DNA of 64,000 nt, from contig JAWPOC010000014.1 in NCBI GenBank assembly GCA_033345235.1, positions 3,872 through 67,871 on the forward strand, in the 5' to 3' direction. Under the pieces are notes generated by a model. It was not told where the DNA came from. It worked only from the letters and a program-made list of their open reading frames with translations, and did no database searches. A program made the translations under genes and the position numbers. Of the stretch, positions 20,479 to 30,439 are shown in pieces. The stretch comes from Alphaproteobacteria bacterium. GTDB taxonomy: Bacteria; Pseudomonadota; Alphaproteobacteria; Rs-D84. Position 1 is the stretch's first letter. Each line of letters begins with the position of its first letter.

Positions 20479-20551
20479 GATAAAAATTTTTGACAAACAG
20501 TTTTTATAATCTATGATATAGGTAATAGAAATAACAAAAGGTATATAACAT

Positions 20552-20758
20552 ATGTCAAAAGAAAATATCAAACCGATAATTGTTGGAGCACTGATGTTTT
20601 GTGCGCTATCACTTGGTTTGGCACACCATAATATGAAGATGAAAAAGAAGCTTCAACAAGAAAAACAAGAACTGTTAAAACAACAGGCCGCCCAGAACTA
20701 TCAATCGGCCAAGAATGTACAGTTTGAACAGATTACAAGCAAACAAAACGAACGATAA
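20552..20758 (+). CDS. Small single-pass membrane protein, family member 5 (68 aa)
   Basis: TM segment IIVGALMFCALSLGLA. Tail AAQNYQSAKNVQFEQITSKQNER, a degenerate version of the family motif. Confidence 0.55.
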   Translation: MSKENIKPIIVGALMFCALSLGLAHHNMKMKKKLQQEKQELLKQQAAQNYQSAKNVQFEQITSKQNER

Positions 20759-20765
20759 TTATAAT

Positions 20766-20789
20766 AGACCGCCATATGGCGGTTTTTTA
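20766..20789. terminator. Bidirectional terminator between convergent genes
   Basis: ACCGCC-ATAT-GGCGGT followed by TTTTT. Confidence 0.8.
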
Positions 20790-21269
20790 TATGCTTAAAA
20801 TACTTTTTGCGAACTCGCCGATTGCAAAGGCGATAATCGATACGCCTGTGCAAATCCCCAGCATTTCAAAGAATCTGTACCACATTCCGCGCCCATTATG
20901 ACGCGCCATACAATAGTTAAATAAAAATATAATAATAACCGCAATTGTAAATGAAGATATTATCGCAGGTCGCACATCGGTCGTGATAAAAAAAGGAATT
21001 AGTAACAGTGCGCTGGTACCCAGATACGCAATGCCTGTGTAAATTCCAGCGACAACAGAATTTTTTAGTGTTGTTCTTTCGCGTTCTGCCAGATAATTTG
21101 ATGCCAACATAGATAAGCCATCAGATACCGCAGATATAACACCTGTTATTATAATCAGTCGACTGTCTGTCAGTGCAAATGCCAGTCCAGTAATAATACC
21201 TGTTTGTGATACCAGTGCGTCATGCATTCCCAACACAACTGCAGATGAATTTTTGTATTTTTTTGTCAT
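20787..21269 (-). CDS. VIT1/CCC1-family transporter (membrane domain)
   Basis: VVLGMHDALVSQTGIITGLAFA...ITGVISAVSDGLSMLASNYLAERE plus three further TM segments, matching the VIT-family layout. Confidence 0.6.
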   Translation of the reverse strand: MTKKYKNSSAVVLGMHDALVSQTGIITGLAFALTDSRLIIITGVISAVSDGLSMLASNYLAERERTTLKNSVVAGIYTGIAYLGTSALLLIPFFITTDVRPAIISSFTIAVIIIFLFNYCMARHNGRGMWYRFFEMLGICTGVSIIAFAIGEFAKSILSI

Positions 21270-21383
21270 ACTGTTAAAAATAACATATTTATAAATTCTC
21301 GTGCCACAGGAACAAAAACAGTGTGTTATGCAACAAAGGCTTTTATCAAGTAAAAAAATGTGATATAATACGACAATAAGAGA

Positions 21384-23924
21384 ATGAAAAAACTGCTGAC
21401 TTGTTTTTTTGCGATTGCACTTTGTGCGCCTGCTGCATTTGGCGCAGATGGTGCTGTATCCCGTATAATTCCATCAGATTCCGACAGGGCGACTGCCACG
21501 GCTAGTAAGCCTGCGGGGCGTACAAACGTCAATACATCGCGCGTAACAACATCGCGCAATTTACCAAGTACTGCATCGGAAATGAATAAAAGTGCAACTA
21601 ATGTACGCAGTACAGTTTCGCGTGTATTTTCTGGTGCGCCTGAAAAGCCGGTTGGGAATGTTGTTTCGCGTTCTGGGGTTTCTTCTCGTGCGACTTTATC
21701 CAGAACAAATCAGGAAACAGATGCGCTGGATGCAGCAGTACATACTGTTGGTCGTAACGCCAGGGTTTCCGCCGCCAGTATTAACAGCAATCCGGCTGTT
21801 CGTCGCGCGGGGGTGGTCTTGCGTCCCAGCACCGCAGAGGTGGGCGGTCGTGCGATAATTGCTGCCACTGGGGAACAAACAGGTTCAAATATTGATGAGT
21901 CAATTCGCAAGGTTCGCGGGCGCGCCGCGACAATTACAGCAGAAAGTATCGAAGAAACAAAAAATCGTTTGGAACAAAGTGCTGCGTTAAACAAGACTTG
22001 TCAGGATCAGTATAATGAATGTATGGATCAGTTTTGTGCGGTAATTGACGCCAATCAAAAGCGTTGTTCATGTTCTGCAAACTTGAAACAATACGCCAAG
22101 GTAGAAGAAGCGGTAAAAAGTGCAAATACTCAGTTAAATGAAATCGCCCAACGTATACGTTATGTTGGATTGTCTGCGGATGAAATCACCGCCATTATGA
22201 CCGAGACAGAGGCCGAAGAAGCTTTGTCTGGCACAACAGATACGTCAGAAACTCGTTCAATGTTGGATGAAATCGAAGATTTAATTCGTGACCCAAAAAC
22301 AACGACCAGTTCGTATACATCATCTAATTCATCGTTTGGTGGTATCAGTTTAGATTTAGATTTTTCTGGCGACAGTGCTGATATATTCAGTTTAGATTTC
22401 TTGAACAACGACAGCGCCAGCAGTTTTTCAAACCTGCGCGGAACGGATTTGTATAACGCGGCAAAAAAGCGCTGTGCCAGTGTTTTAAATCAATGTAAAG
22501 AAATCGGTGCTACATCTGCACAAATCACTGGTAATTATGACTTGGCAATTGACAAAGATTGTATCGCATATGAACAAGGCTTGGTCAAGATGAATGACAC
22601 GTTAAAGTCTAATGTTCGCAGTGCAAATATGATGTTGCAAAAGGCGCGCTTGGCGGTTTTGCAGAATAAAAATCAATATGATGCCAAGGGATGTATTTCT
22701 GCACTGAATACATGTATGACAGATGATATGGTATGCGGTTCTGATTACTTTAAATGTATTGACCCGACCAAGCGTTATATCGATGAGAATGGCGAAGTGG
22801 TCTTGGGGCAAGATATTTCTAAAATAACTGCGTTTATGGAAAATTATAATAATGCATCAATTAATACCGACTTCTTGACCAGTGCAAAAAATATGGAAAT
22901 AAATGCACAGGATTGCAGTTCAGATGCCACAATTAATCAAGATGTCGGAAATGATGGTCGCTGTGTTGCAAGTTATTTGTTGCAAAAAATTGGTACTGGT
23001 CAAAAGTTAACAGATGGTGGTTTATGTCGTGCGGTATTAGATAAATGTCAGGTCTTTACCTATGACAGCGAAGGTAATTACAAACCATATAATGACATTG
23101 TTGTGAATTATATTCAGCGTGCGATGGTAAATATTCGCGCGGCGCAACAACAGATAATTTCAGACTATGCATCCAGTTGTATGGTTGATATTGCAAATTG
23201 TTATAACCAACAGGTCAGTCAGCTAAATTCTTGGTCATCCAGCAACAGTGTTAATGGCATTTATAATGTAATGCGTGGCGCGTGCCGTAATGTGGCATTG
23301 ACATGCGCATATGCGGTGTTTGATGGCGATGAAGATGTGTGCACGAATCAAGATGCTAAAGAAAAGTGCGCAAATGAATATATCTCAGCGATTTCAGAAA
23401 TCTTTTATCAGTCAATGTTGTGTGACGATGGCGAAGTGTTTAATCCAACTTTGGGTGTATGCACCAAAGATGCGCTGGTTTATGATTTGAATGGTATTGC
23501 AAAATGGAAGTATACAAATGTTAAAACAGAACAGGTTGCCCAAGGTGTAGAAGTGCCGTTGATAAGTGATTTTGCAAACCAGTTAACGTTTAATGAAAAG
23601 TACGAAGAAGTCGACAATGCTAACTATTATTACTGGTGTTATGATTTGGGAACGGGGTTGCAATGTACGTCTGCAAATAGTGCTAAGATTAAAGTAACAA
23701 AAACATTCTTGGATAATGGCGGAACTGTTTATCTGTCTGTCAAAGATAGCAGTGATAGTTGTTCTGCAACCGGTGGGTATTCTTGGAACGAGAACAAGGG
23801 ATGTACATGCGCAAGCGGTTATAAGTTTGGATCTGGTGGCTGTGTTCCTGAAACGCCAACAGGGACAGAAAATCAGGGCGAAGGAACCGCAGCGACTGAC
23901 GAACCTACTGAACAGTCAGAATAA
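21384..23924 (+). CDS. Large secreted Cys-rich protein (846 aa), paralog of 27075..30368
   Basis: Signal peptide ...APAAFGA, then a Ser/Thr/Arg-rich low-complexity region, then repeated C-x3-[YLI]-x2-C motifs (CQDQYNECMDQFC, CISALNTCMTDDMVC, CRAVLDKC, CMVDIANC, CRNVALTC). C-terminal GCTCASGYKFGSGGC fits the EGF-like pattern. Extended -10 TGTGATATAAT upstream. Confidence 0.75.
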   Translation: MKKLLTCFFAIALCAPAAFGADGAVSRIIPSDSDRATATASKPAGRTNVNTSRVTTSRNLPSTASEMNKSATNVRSTVSRVFSGAPEKPVGNVVSRSGVSSRATLSRTNQETDALDAAVHTVGRNARVSAASINSNPAVRRAGVVLRPSTAEVGGRAIIAATGEQTGSNIDESIRKVRGRAATITAESIEETKNRLEQSAALNKTCQDQYNECMDQFCAVIDANQKRCSCSANLKQYAKVEEAVKSANTQLNEIAQRIRYVGLSADEITAIMTETEAEEALSGTTDTSETRSMLDEIEDLIRDPKTTTSSYTSSNSSFGGISLDLDFSGDSADIFSLDFLNNDSASSFSNLRGTDLYNAAKKRCASVLNQCKEIGATSAQITGNYDLAIDKDCIAYEQGLVKMNDTLKSNVRSANMMLQKARLAVLQNKNQYDAKGCISALNTCMTDDMVCGSDYFKCIDPTKRYIDENGEVVLGQDISKITAFMENYNNASINTDFLTSAKNMEINAQDCSSDATINQDVGNDGRCVASYLLQKIGTGQKLTDGGLCRAVLDKCQVFTYDSEGNYKPYNDIVVNYIQRAMVNIRAAQQQIISDYASSCMVDIANCYNQQVSQLNSWSSSNSVNGIYNVMRGACRNVALTCAYAVFDGDEDVCTNQDAKEKCANEYISAISEIFYQSMLCDDGEVFNPTLGVCTKDALVYDLNGIAKWKYTNVKTEQVAQGVEVPLISDFANQLTFNEKYEEVDNANYYYWCYDLGTGLQCTSANSAKIKVTKTFLDNGGTVYLSVKDSSDSCSATGGYSWNENKGCTCASGYKFGSGGCVPETPTGTENQGEGTAATDEPTEQSE

Positions 23925-23946
23925 ATAACATACCAGGTGTTTGAAT

Positions 23947-23974
23947 AAAAATCCCCAATTTGGGGATTTTTTTA
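23947..23974. terminator. Bidirectional terminator
   Basis: AAAATCCCC-AATT-TGGGGATTTTTTT. Confidence 0.85.
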
Positions 23975-24649
23975 TTTGTTAATTATTTCCATAAACTTAT
24001 TATGATTTTCCAGTTCGTCTGGATTCGGTTCGAATTTTCTGTATGGAAAATCACCGCCGACCTTTGGGTGGTTCAGCATTGCCGCGTGTTGTTTTTCGAT
24101 TATTTCAGAAATATCTGGCGCAGGCGCAGTGTTGGCCAGTTCGATATATACCTTGGCCAAGATTTCTGCGTCAATTAACGCACCATGGGCATCTGCACGC
24201 GCTGTCAGTGAAATTCCATACCATTTTGCCAATGCGTCCAGTGTATAACTTTTTGGGCCAAACACACGATTGCGCGCGATAACCAAAGAGTCCATTTGTT
24301 GGCTGCGTGGAATCTGGTTCAACTTTAGCATACTCAGTTCGTGATTTATAAACGGAAAGTCAAAGTCCAGACCGTTATGTGCGACAATTGGACTGTCGCC
24401 AATAAATTCCAAGAACTTTGGTGCGACTGCGGCCATTTTTGGTTTGTCTTCCAGAAATGCGTTCGAGATTTTATGAACCATATATGAATCGGGTGGAATA
24501 ATTTTACCATCTGGGTTTATGTATTCGTGAAAAGAATTATCTGTAATTTTTCCGTCTATGATTTCCACAGCGCCAATTTCGATACATCTGTCGCCGCGCA
24601 TATATTCCAGACCTGTTGTTTCGATGTCAAAGCAAATAACTCGATTCAT
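23972..24649 (-). CDS. dnaQ: DNA polymerase III epsilon subunit (3'-5' exonuclease)
   Basis: ATG 24649 with AGGAA SD is preferred over the track start 24709. Exo I VICFDIETTG, Exo II AHNGLDFDFPF, Exo III HGALIDAEILAKVY. Confidence 0.9.
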   Translation of the reverse strand: MNRVICFDIETTGLEYMRGDRCIEIGAVEIIDGKITDNSFHEYINPDGKIIPPDSYMVHKISNAFLEDKPKMAAVAPKFLEFIGDSPIVAHNGLDFDFPFINHELSMLKLNQIPRSQQMDSLVIARNRVFGPKSYTLDALAKWYGISLTARADAHGALIDAEILAKVYIELANTAPAPDISEIIEKQHAAMLNHPKVGGDFPYRKFEPNPDELENHNKFMEIINK

Positions 24650-24708
24650 GATAATTCCTGTTTCTTGATATATGGATTTTGTGGTATTATAATCAAGTCG
24701 TGAATTCA

Positions 24709-26766
24709 ATGCCAGAAAATCTTAATCCGAAACAACAACAAGCGGTTCTTGCCACCGATGGCGCGGTTTTGGTTGTTGCGGGCGCCGGTACAGGCAAAAC
24801 GCACGTACTGATATCGCGTATTGCATATATCTTAAATAATGGATTTGCGACACCTTGGCAGATATTGGCATTAACATTTACAAACAAGGCAGCAAATGAA
24901 TTAAAAAATCGACTGACGCAATTATCGTTCGGTCGTTGGAATGCGGGCGACATTTGGTGTGGTACATTTCATTCTGTATGTCTGCGCATTTTGCGTCGTC
25001 ACGCAGCGTATATCGGTATGCGCAGTGACTTTTTAATATACGGCGAAGACGACCAAAAATCTGTGATAAAGTCGCTGTTGACGTCCAGTACCAAGACCCT
25101 ATCTGAATATGTCGAAGAATTTTCTTTGATAAAAGATAAAGGCACATCCGCGTTACAACATCCGGACAAGTTATTTCGTGCATATAATGCAGAACTGGCG
25201 CGCCTGAATGCACTGGACTTTGGCGATATTATCTTAAAGACAATCGAGTTATTCGATAAAAATCCGGATATTTTGGCGCGCTATCAGAATCAGTTTAAAT
25301 ACATTATGGTCGACGAATTTCAAGACACAAATACGGCTCAGATGCAGTTACTGTTGCGTTTGACATCTGGGGTTACGCGTCCGAATATTTGTTGTGTTGG
25401 CGACGATGATCAGTCGATATATTCCTGGCGCGGGGCTGAGATAAAAAACATCCTAGATTTTCAAAAGACATATTCTGATGTCCAAATAATTCGTCTAGAG
25501 ACGAACTATCGCAGTACAGGCAACATTCTGGGTGCGGCAAACTCGTTAATTGCGCATAATTCGGACAGGTTGGGCAAGAACTTGACGCCGCACACACCCA
25601 CTTTGGGCGAGCCTGTATATATATTAACATTGCCAACCGACAGGGATGAGGCGCGCATTATTGCGGACACGATATTGCAAGATGGCAGTGGTGATTATTC
25701 AAAGTATGCGGTTCTTATTCGTGCGGGCAGTTTATCGCGTGTCCTAGAAGAAGAGTTTGGTTCGCGTGGGATTCCGTACAAAGTCATCGGTGCGACAAAG
25801 TTCTATGATCGTATGGAAATTCGCGATGTGATTGCATATTTACGTCTGTTGGTTTATCCGTTTGACGATATGTCGTTTTTACGTGTGATTGGCAAGCCAA
25901 AGCGTGGCTTTGGCCCCAAGGCGATAGAGAACCTGCGTGCATCTGGTGAAAATTTAATGACGGCGTTGCGCGCGGCAAAGTTATCACCAAAGATGCGTGC
26001 ATCTGCGGACGAATTTTTATCTGCGTTTGATTTTGATTGGGTGTCGATGCGTCCTGTGGATGCGGCAAAGCGTTTATTAAATGATTCTGGTTATATGCGT
26101 ATGTGGTCTGAATCCAAAGATTCAGATGCGTCCGACCGACTGTTGCACATTCGTGAATTATTAACATCTGTGGTATCAAAGTACGACACGTTACCAGAAT
26201 TTTTAGAGCAGGCCGCATTAATGACGACAGATGACGATGATTTAGCGACGGCGGCTCAGAATAACAGTGCTCTTATTATGACGGTGCATGCGGCCAAGGG
26301 TTTGGAATTTGATACGGTGTTTTTGCCTGCGTGGGAAGAGGGTATTTTTCCAAATGACAAGACCACGTCACCGGATGAAATCGCGGAAGAGCGCAGATTG
26401 GCATACGTTGCGATTACTCGTGCGCGTCGTCGGTGTATTATTTTGAATACGATGTCTCGGTTTATGTACGGTTCTGTTCAGTACAACAGCCCCAGTCGCT
26501 TTATCACAGAAATGGACAGACAGTATTTAGATTTCCAAGGCGGCGCAACGCCTGCGTATCGTAATTTTAGTCGTGTTTCGTCGTCTGTGACGCATACTTC
26601 GCCTGCGCCGCGTCGGACGCCGCCTCGTCCTGTGACGATGGTTGGTAAATTGGTAACGCACAGTGAATTGGGTTCTGGTGTTGTTATCGAAGACAAAGGC
26701 GAAATATTGACTGTAGCGTTCAAGAACTGTGGCATAAAAAACGTTGCCCGAAATTATGTACATTAA
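24709..26766 (+). CDS. uvrD: UvrD/Rep/PcrA-family ATP-dependent DNA helicase
   Basis: LNPKQQQAV...VVAGAGTGKTHVL (Walker A), IMVDEFQDTN, CVGDDDQSIYSWRGA, NYRS, TVHAAKGLEFD, LAYVAITRARRR. ATG 24709 is preferred over 24679. Confidence 0.85.
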   Translation: MPENLNPKQQQAVLATDGAVLVVAGAGTGKTHVLISRIAYILNNGFATPWQILALTFTNKAANELKNRLTQLSFGRWNAGDIWCGTFHSVCLRILRRHAAYIGMRSDFLIYGEDDQKSVIKSLLTSSTKTLSEYVEEFSLIKDKGTSALQHPDKLFRAYNAELARLNALDFGDIILKTIELFDKNPDILARYQNQFKYIMVDEFQDTNTAQMQLLLRLTSGVTRPNICCVGDDDQSIYSWRGAEIKNILDFQKTYSDVQIIRLETNYRSTGNILGAANSLIAHNSDRLGKNLTPHTPTLGEPVYILTLPTDRDEARIIADTILQDGSGDYSKYAVLIRAGSLSRVLEEEFGSRGIPYKVIGATKFYDRMEIRDVIAYLRLLVYPFDDMSFLRVIGKPKRGFGPKAIENLRASGENLMTALRAAKLSPKMRASADEFLSAFDFDWVSMRPVDAAKRLLNDSGYMRMWSESKDSDASDRLLHIRELLTSVVSKYDTLPEFLEQAALMTTDDDDLATAAQNNSALIMTVHAAKGLEFDTVFLPAWEEGIFPNDKTTSPDEIAEERRLAYVAITRARRRCIILNTMSRFMYGSVQYNSPSRFITEMDRQYLDFQGGATPAYRNFSRVSSSVTHTSPAPRRTPPRPVTMVGKLVTHSELGSGVVIEDKGEILTVAFKNCGIKNVARNYVH

Positions 26767-26800
26767 GTGGCCAGTGTAAGTGGCAGAATTATCCTTTCTC

Positions 26801-26955
26801 TTGTCATTGCGAGCGGCAGCGTGGCTGTGTCATACGAAGCACTCTGTGCGAAGTATGGCAATCCAGTAAATGCCGCAAAAATTACCTGCCCCCAGTGTGG
26901 GGCGGGACGGAATTCCCGACAGTTTATTGTCGTTGGAATGACGGGGTGGGGGGGA
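26801..26955. repeat. Composite palindromic-element block (left flank of the 1097-aa gene)
   Basis: TTGTCATTGCGAGCGG...GCAATCCAGTAAATGCCGCAAAA, then TTACCTGCCCCC..GGGGCGGGACGGAATTCCCGACA.TTTATTGTCG.TGGAATGACGGGGTGGGGG. Repeated in direct orientation at 30736-30941. Confidence 0.85.
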
Positions 26956-27074
26956 GAAAAATCATTATTCCACCACTAACCACTAACACTTATAACTGCC
27001 CATCATCTCATTTTTTCTCTTTTCAAGCCATATGTTTTATGTTAAAATAAAACAATAAAGTATGGAGTAAGGGG

Positions 27075-30000
27075 ATGACATTTTTCAAAAACACAATAAG
27101 TTTATTGGCAATATTTAGTATAATTCCAACGGCGCATGCGGCGGCGGCTGCGCGTCCCAGCATAATGAATGCGTTTAATACCGCGTCTGCTGCGTCGCGT
27201 CGTATGCCATCTGCGCGCACATCACCTGTTACGCCGGTTGCGAATAATACAACGTCATCCACAGGGATTTTAGACGAAATCGAATGTATCGACGCGTACA
27301 CAGAATGTATTGCATCTGATGATACGTGCGGTTCTGATTTCGAAGAATGTACAACAAATGTTTTATTCCATGCTCAAATGCCAAAGTGTACCAGTACACT
27401 GTTGCAATGTACATCTGCGGGTATAAACCGTCTGTTCGGAACGACTGATGTTGCGTCATTGTCAAACGTTGATAGTTATGTTGCAGACACCCAGGATGCA
27501 GAGGTTGCACGCTACACTTTTCCATCTGACGGCAGTGTTATGGGTCAGCGTATAATCGCCGGTGCGATTGCGAACACATACGATACCCAGTCATGTGTTA
27601 AAAATTATATGCGTTGCTTGAACAAAGATGATGTTTGTGGCGCAGACTTTGAATTGTGTACAGACGATAAAGATTTTAAAAAGCAGGCATTGTATTGTGA
27701 ATCAACATTGGCACGTTGCCAAACCGAAGGTTTAAAAGAATTGTTTGGTGATTCTGGACGTGCGGCCAAGGGTTCTCCTGCGGTGGGGTCTCGTATCAAA
27801 GCGGCGATAACCAGTGGTGCAGAATTGGCGGCATTGAATGCAGTAACAACTTGCTATAAAACTGCTGATAACTGCTTGTTAAGTGTATGTAAACAAAATC
27901 CATTGCGCTGTATCGAAGGGACGTCTGTTGATTTGTTGCAGGCTGCGAACAAAATCAATGCAGACGGTACAGAAGATTCTGCTGTGTTAAATGATCAGGG
28001 TACAGTTACATCAGATGTGACCAAGTCAAATATTAATCGTTTCTTGCGTTCCAGTTGTGAAGATAAAATTGGTTCGAACAAATATTGTCATATGACAGTG
28101 TTCGAAAAAACACCAACCAAGAAAGACTTGGCAAATATTGACAAGATAAGTGAAGTCTTTGAAGATATTTTAGATTCACGCAAAGGTATTGTTTTGTCCC
28201 AAGTTCAAGGTTTGGCTCAGAAATTTGATTCTAATGCCAAGGCTGCATGTACAAAAACAATCCAAGAATGTGCAATGCGCACATGCGGTGGCGGTTCTGG
28301 TGCTGCCTGTTGGACTCAGGTTTATGGTGACAATGGTACAAAATCCATTGGCAAGGATACACCGTACTCTGATATTGAAACAGGTTGTGCGGCGATTGTA
28401 AACACAGATCCAAATTGTGTTTATGCAGCGCAAAGTGTATCCAGCACTGCTACGACATATAATTATGATTATATCGATGGCAATGCATTCTCGTCATTGT
28501 TTGGTGCCAGTGACCCAATTGGTGCTGTTGCGTCATTAAATTCATTGCTGGCGACCAGTTATAACGCCGCCGCTATTGAAAATATGGGTAAACAGTGTCA
28601 GAAATTGGCAACCAGTTGTGTTCGTTCAATGTGTGGCAATGATTTTGTAAATTGCTATCGCAATCGTACAGATATTTATTCTAATTTGACTGATACAAGT
28701 AACATCGGCTTTGATAAGTCTATGAACAAAGTTGGCGGTGTTTTGGATTATACAATTGTATTGGGATTATGTGCCGATACAGTTAGAAACGCAGATACGT
28801 GTAGTGAACACTTGAAAATCGCCAAGGCATCAATTAATACAGACGCAACAGCAGACACTTGGGGTAGCCCAGATAAATCTGTAAGTGAAAATTGGCGTGC
28901 TTCGGGCCAAGGGTTATTATCATTTAAAGCAAATGGAAAGGATTCTGTTCAGAAAGAAAACGAAAATGGTGAATTGCTATGCAAAAATTCCAAAGGCGAA
29001 GAAGGGGTTTGTGATACATGTTCCGGCGGCACAGATAGTTGTGATTTATACAACATAGCTGTGATGCAATCAGTTGACGCGTACAAGAATTCATATGCAG
29101 TTACTTCATTGTTCAAAGAATTGATTGCTGATTTAGAAATCGAGGCTCAGGCAAAGTATAACGCAAAGTTGACCAAGCAACAGAATATGTGTTTGGCAGC
29201 AAACGCGGGCGGTATTATGGGCGGTAATGATATGAGCTCTATATACAAATGGGTAAAACTTGGAAATGGTGGCAGGGTGCCAAATGACTATTCTATCCAA
29301 GGCCTAAAGACCAGTCAATTCAAAGCCAGTAACGATTTGTATGGTTCGTTCTGTGCGGTGCGTGTAACATTGCAATCTGACGACCCAGATATTATGGCCG
29401 CATTAAGTGGTAACTATGCGGGTCAGACATTTAAAAGACTGGGTACAGGAAACCACGAATTGAGAGCGGATACTAACTTAGATGTTGATTTAAGTGGTTC
29501 GGCCAGTCGTTACTTTGCAATCGGCGACCCAATTACATGTGGTTCATGGTTGTCAATGACCGAAATCGAGAAATTGGCACAAGTTGTCGAAGCCAAGGCA
29601 AAATCTGCCAAGGAAAAAACACAAAACACCAGCCTGCGTACATGGATGCCAATCTTGGGCGCAGCGGGTGGTGCGCTTGGTGGTGCGTTCTTGGGCGACG
29701 CAATCCAAGACGGTTCTGCATTAAGTGGATTGTTAGACAAACCAAAAGTAAAAAGCAAGGATTCTACAAAATCTAGTTGTCAACAGTGGTCTGATAAATT
29801 TGCTTCTACATATGATGTTTATTATGCAAACAAAATTATAGAAATGGCACGAAAAGCAGATGAAAACAATGCAAAAGCGACACGTGCAGAGACCCTGATT
29901 GAATATATTGATGATCCTGAGGATACCGAAGCAACATGGATGGCAGTGTTTAATAAAACTACAGCCCCTGGTGCTAAAACGACTTGTTATGATGGATCTA

Positions 30001-30368
30001 CATATGACAGTGATTGTTTACAAAAAGAGGCAAGATCAAAGGCCAAAACAGAAATTCGTAACTTGATTTCTGTTTGTGAAAGAGGTCAAGAACAATATTG
30101 TAAAGACAATTCTACTGCAGAAGAATGTAAAGAGAAAACTTGGTGGCAGAGAGATGGCGGAACATTGGTTGGTTCTTTGGTTACAGGTGCTGCTACTGCT
30201 GGGTTGGCCTATGCGGTTACAGACAGTGTCCTGAATGCAGAACTGGACAAGGCTGGTCAAGAAGCATATCAGGCATTTATGGACAGCATTGGTTCAAAAA
30301 TCCATTGCTATATCGGCAGCCAAGAAGTCGCCACATACGGCCAGGTAATCGAAACCAGTATGGAATAA
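27075..30368 (+). CDS. Very large secreted Cys-rich protein (1097 aa) with C-terminal Gly-zipper segments
   Basis: Signal peptide ...IIPTAHA. Ser/Thr/Arg-rich linker. Repeated C-x3-Y-x2-C modules (CIDAYTECIASDDTCGSDFEEC, CVKNYMRCLNKDDVCGADFELC, CYKTADNCLLSVC, CTKTIQECAMRTC, CQKLATSCVRSMC). C-terminal ILGAAGGALGGAFLG and LVGSLVTGAATAGLAYA. Confidence 0.75.
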   Translation: MTFFKNTISLLAIFSIIPTAHAAAAARPSIMNAFNTASAASRRMPSARTSPVTPVANNTTSSTGILDEIECIDAYTECIASDDTCGSDFEECTTNVLFHAQMPKCTSTLLQCTSAGINRLFGTTDVASLSNVDSYVADTQDAEVARYTFPSDGSVMGQRIIAGAIANTYDTQSCVKNYMRCLNKDDVCGADFELCTDDKDFKKQALYCESTLARCQTEGLKELFGDSGRAAKGSPAVGSRIKAAITSGAELAALNAVTTCYKTADNCLLSVCKQNPLRCIEGTSVDLLQAANKINADGTEDSAVLNDQGTVTSDVTKSNINRFLRSSCEDKIGSNKYCHMTVFEKTPTKKDLANIDKISEVFEDILDSRKGIVLSQVQGLAQKFDSNAKAACTKTIQECAMRTCGGGSGAACWTQVYGDNGTKSIGKDTPYSDIETGCAAIVNTDPNCVYAAQSVSSTATTYNYDYIDGNAFSSLFGASDPIGAVASLNSLLATSYNAAAIENMGKQCQKLATSCVRSMCGNDFVNCYRNRTDIYSNLTDTSNIGFDKSMNKVGGVLDYTIVLGLCADTVRNADTCSEHLKIAKASINTDATADTWGSPDKSVSENWRASGQGLLSFKANGKDSVQKENENGELLCKNSKGEEGVCDTCSGGTDSCDLYNIAVMQSVDAYKNSYAVTSLFKELIADLEIEAQAKYNAKLTKQQNMCLAANAGGIMGGNDMSSIYKWVKLGNGGRVPNDYSIQGLKTSQFKASNDLYGSFCAVRVTLQSDDPDIMAALSGNYAGQTFKRLGTGNHELRADTNLDVDLSGSASRYFAIGDPITCGSWLSMTEIEKLAQVVEAKAKSAKEKTQNTSLRTWMPILGAAGGALGGAFLGDAIQDGSALSGLLDKPKVKSKDSTKSSCQQWSDKFASTYDVYYANKIIEMARKADENNAKATRAETLIEYIDDPEDTEATWMAVFNKTTAPGAKTTCYDGSTYDSDCLQKEARSKAKTEIRNLISVCERGQEQYCKDNSTAEECKEKTWWQRDGGTLVGSLVTGAATAGLAYAVTDSVLNAELDKAGQEAYQAFMDSIGSKIHCYIGSQEVATYGQVIETSME

Positions 30369-30386
30369 TTCTGGCAAACTAAAAAC

Positions 30387-30410
30387 ATCCCCCATTCGGG
30401 GGATTTTTTT
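30387..30410 (+). terminator. Rho-independent terminator after the 1097-aa gene
   Basis: ATCCCCC-ATTC-GGGGGAT followed by TTTTTT. Confidence 0.85.
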
Positions 30411-30439
30411 ACTTTGCAATTTTTTTAGTGATTACTAAG

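Noticed and set aside
26767-26979. Track ORFs encoded by the repeat elements (26767..26979, 30728..30994, 30841..31032, 6247..6510, 6456..6728)
   Set aside because: They consist of translated palindromic repeats (for example WVLWSSHRMTE and SPGSCGQATG), lack SDs, and overlap terminators or other repeats.
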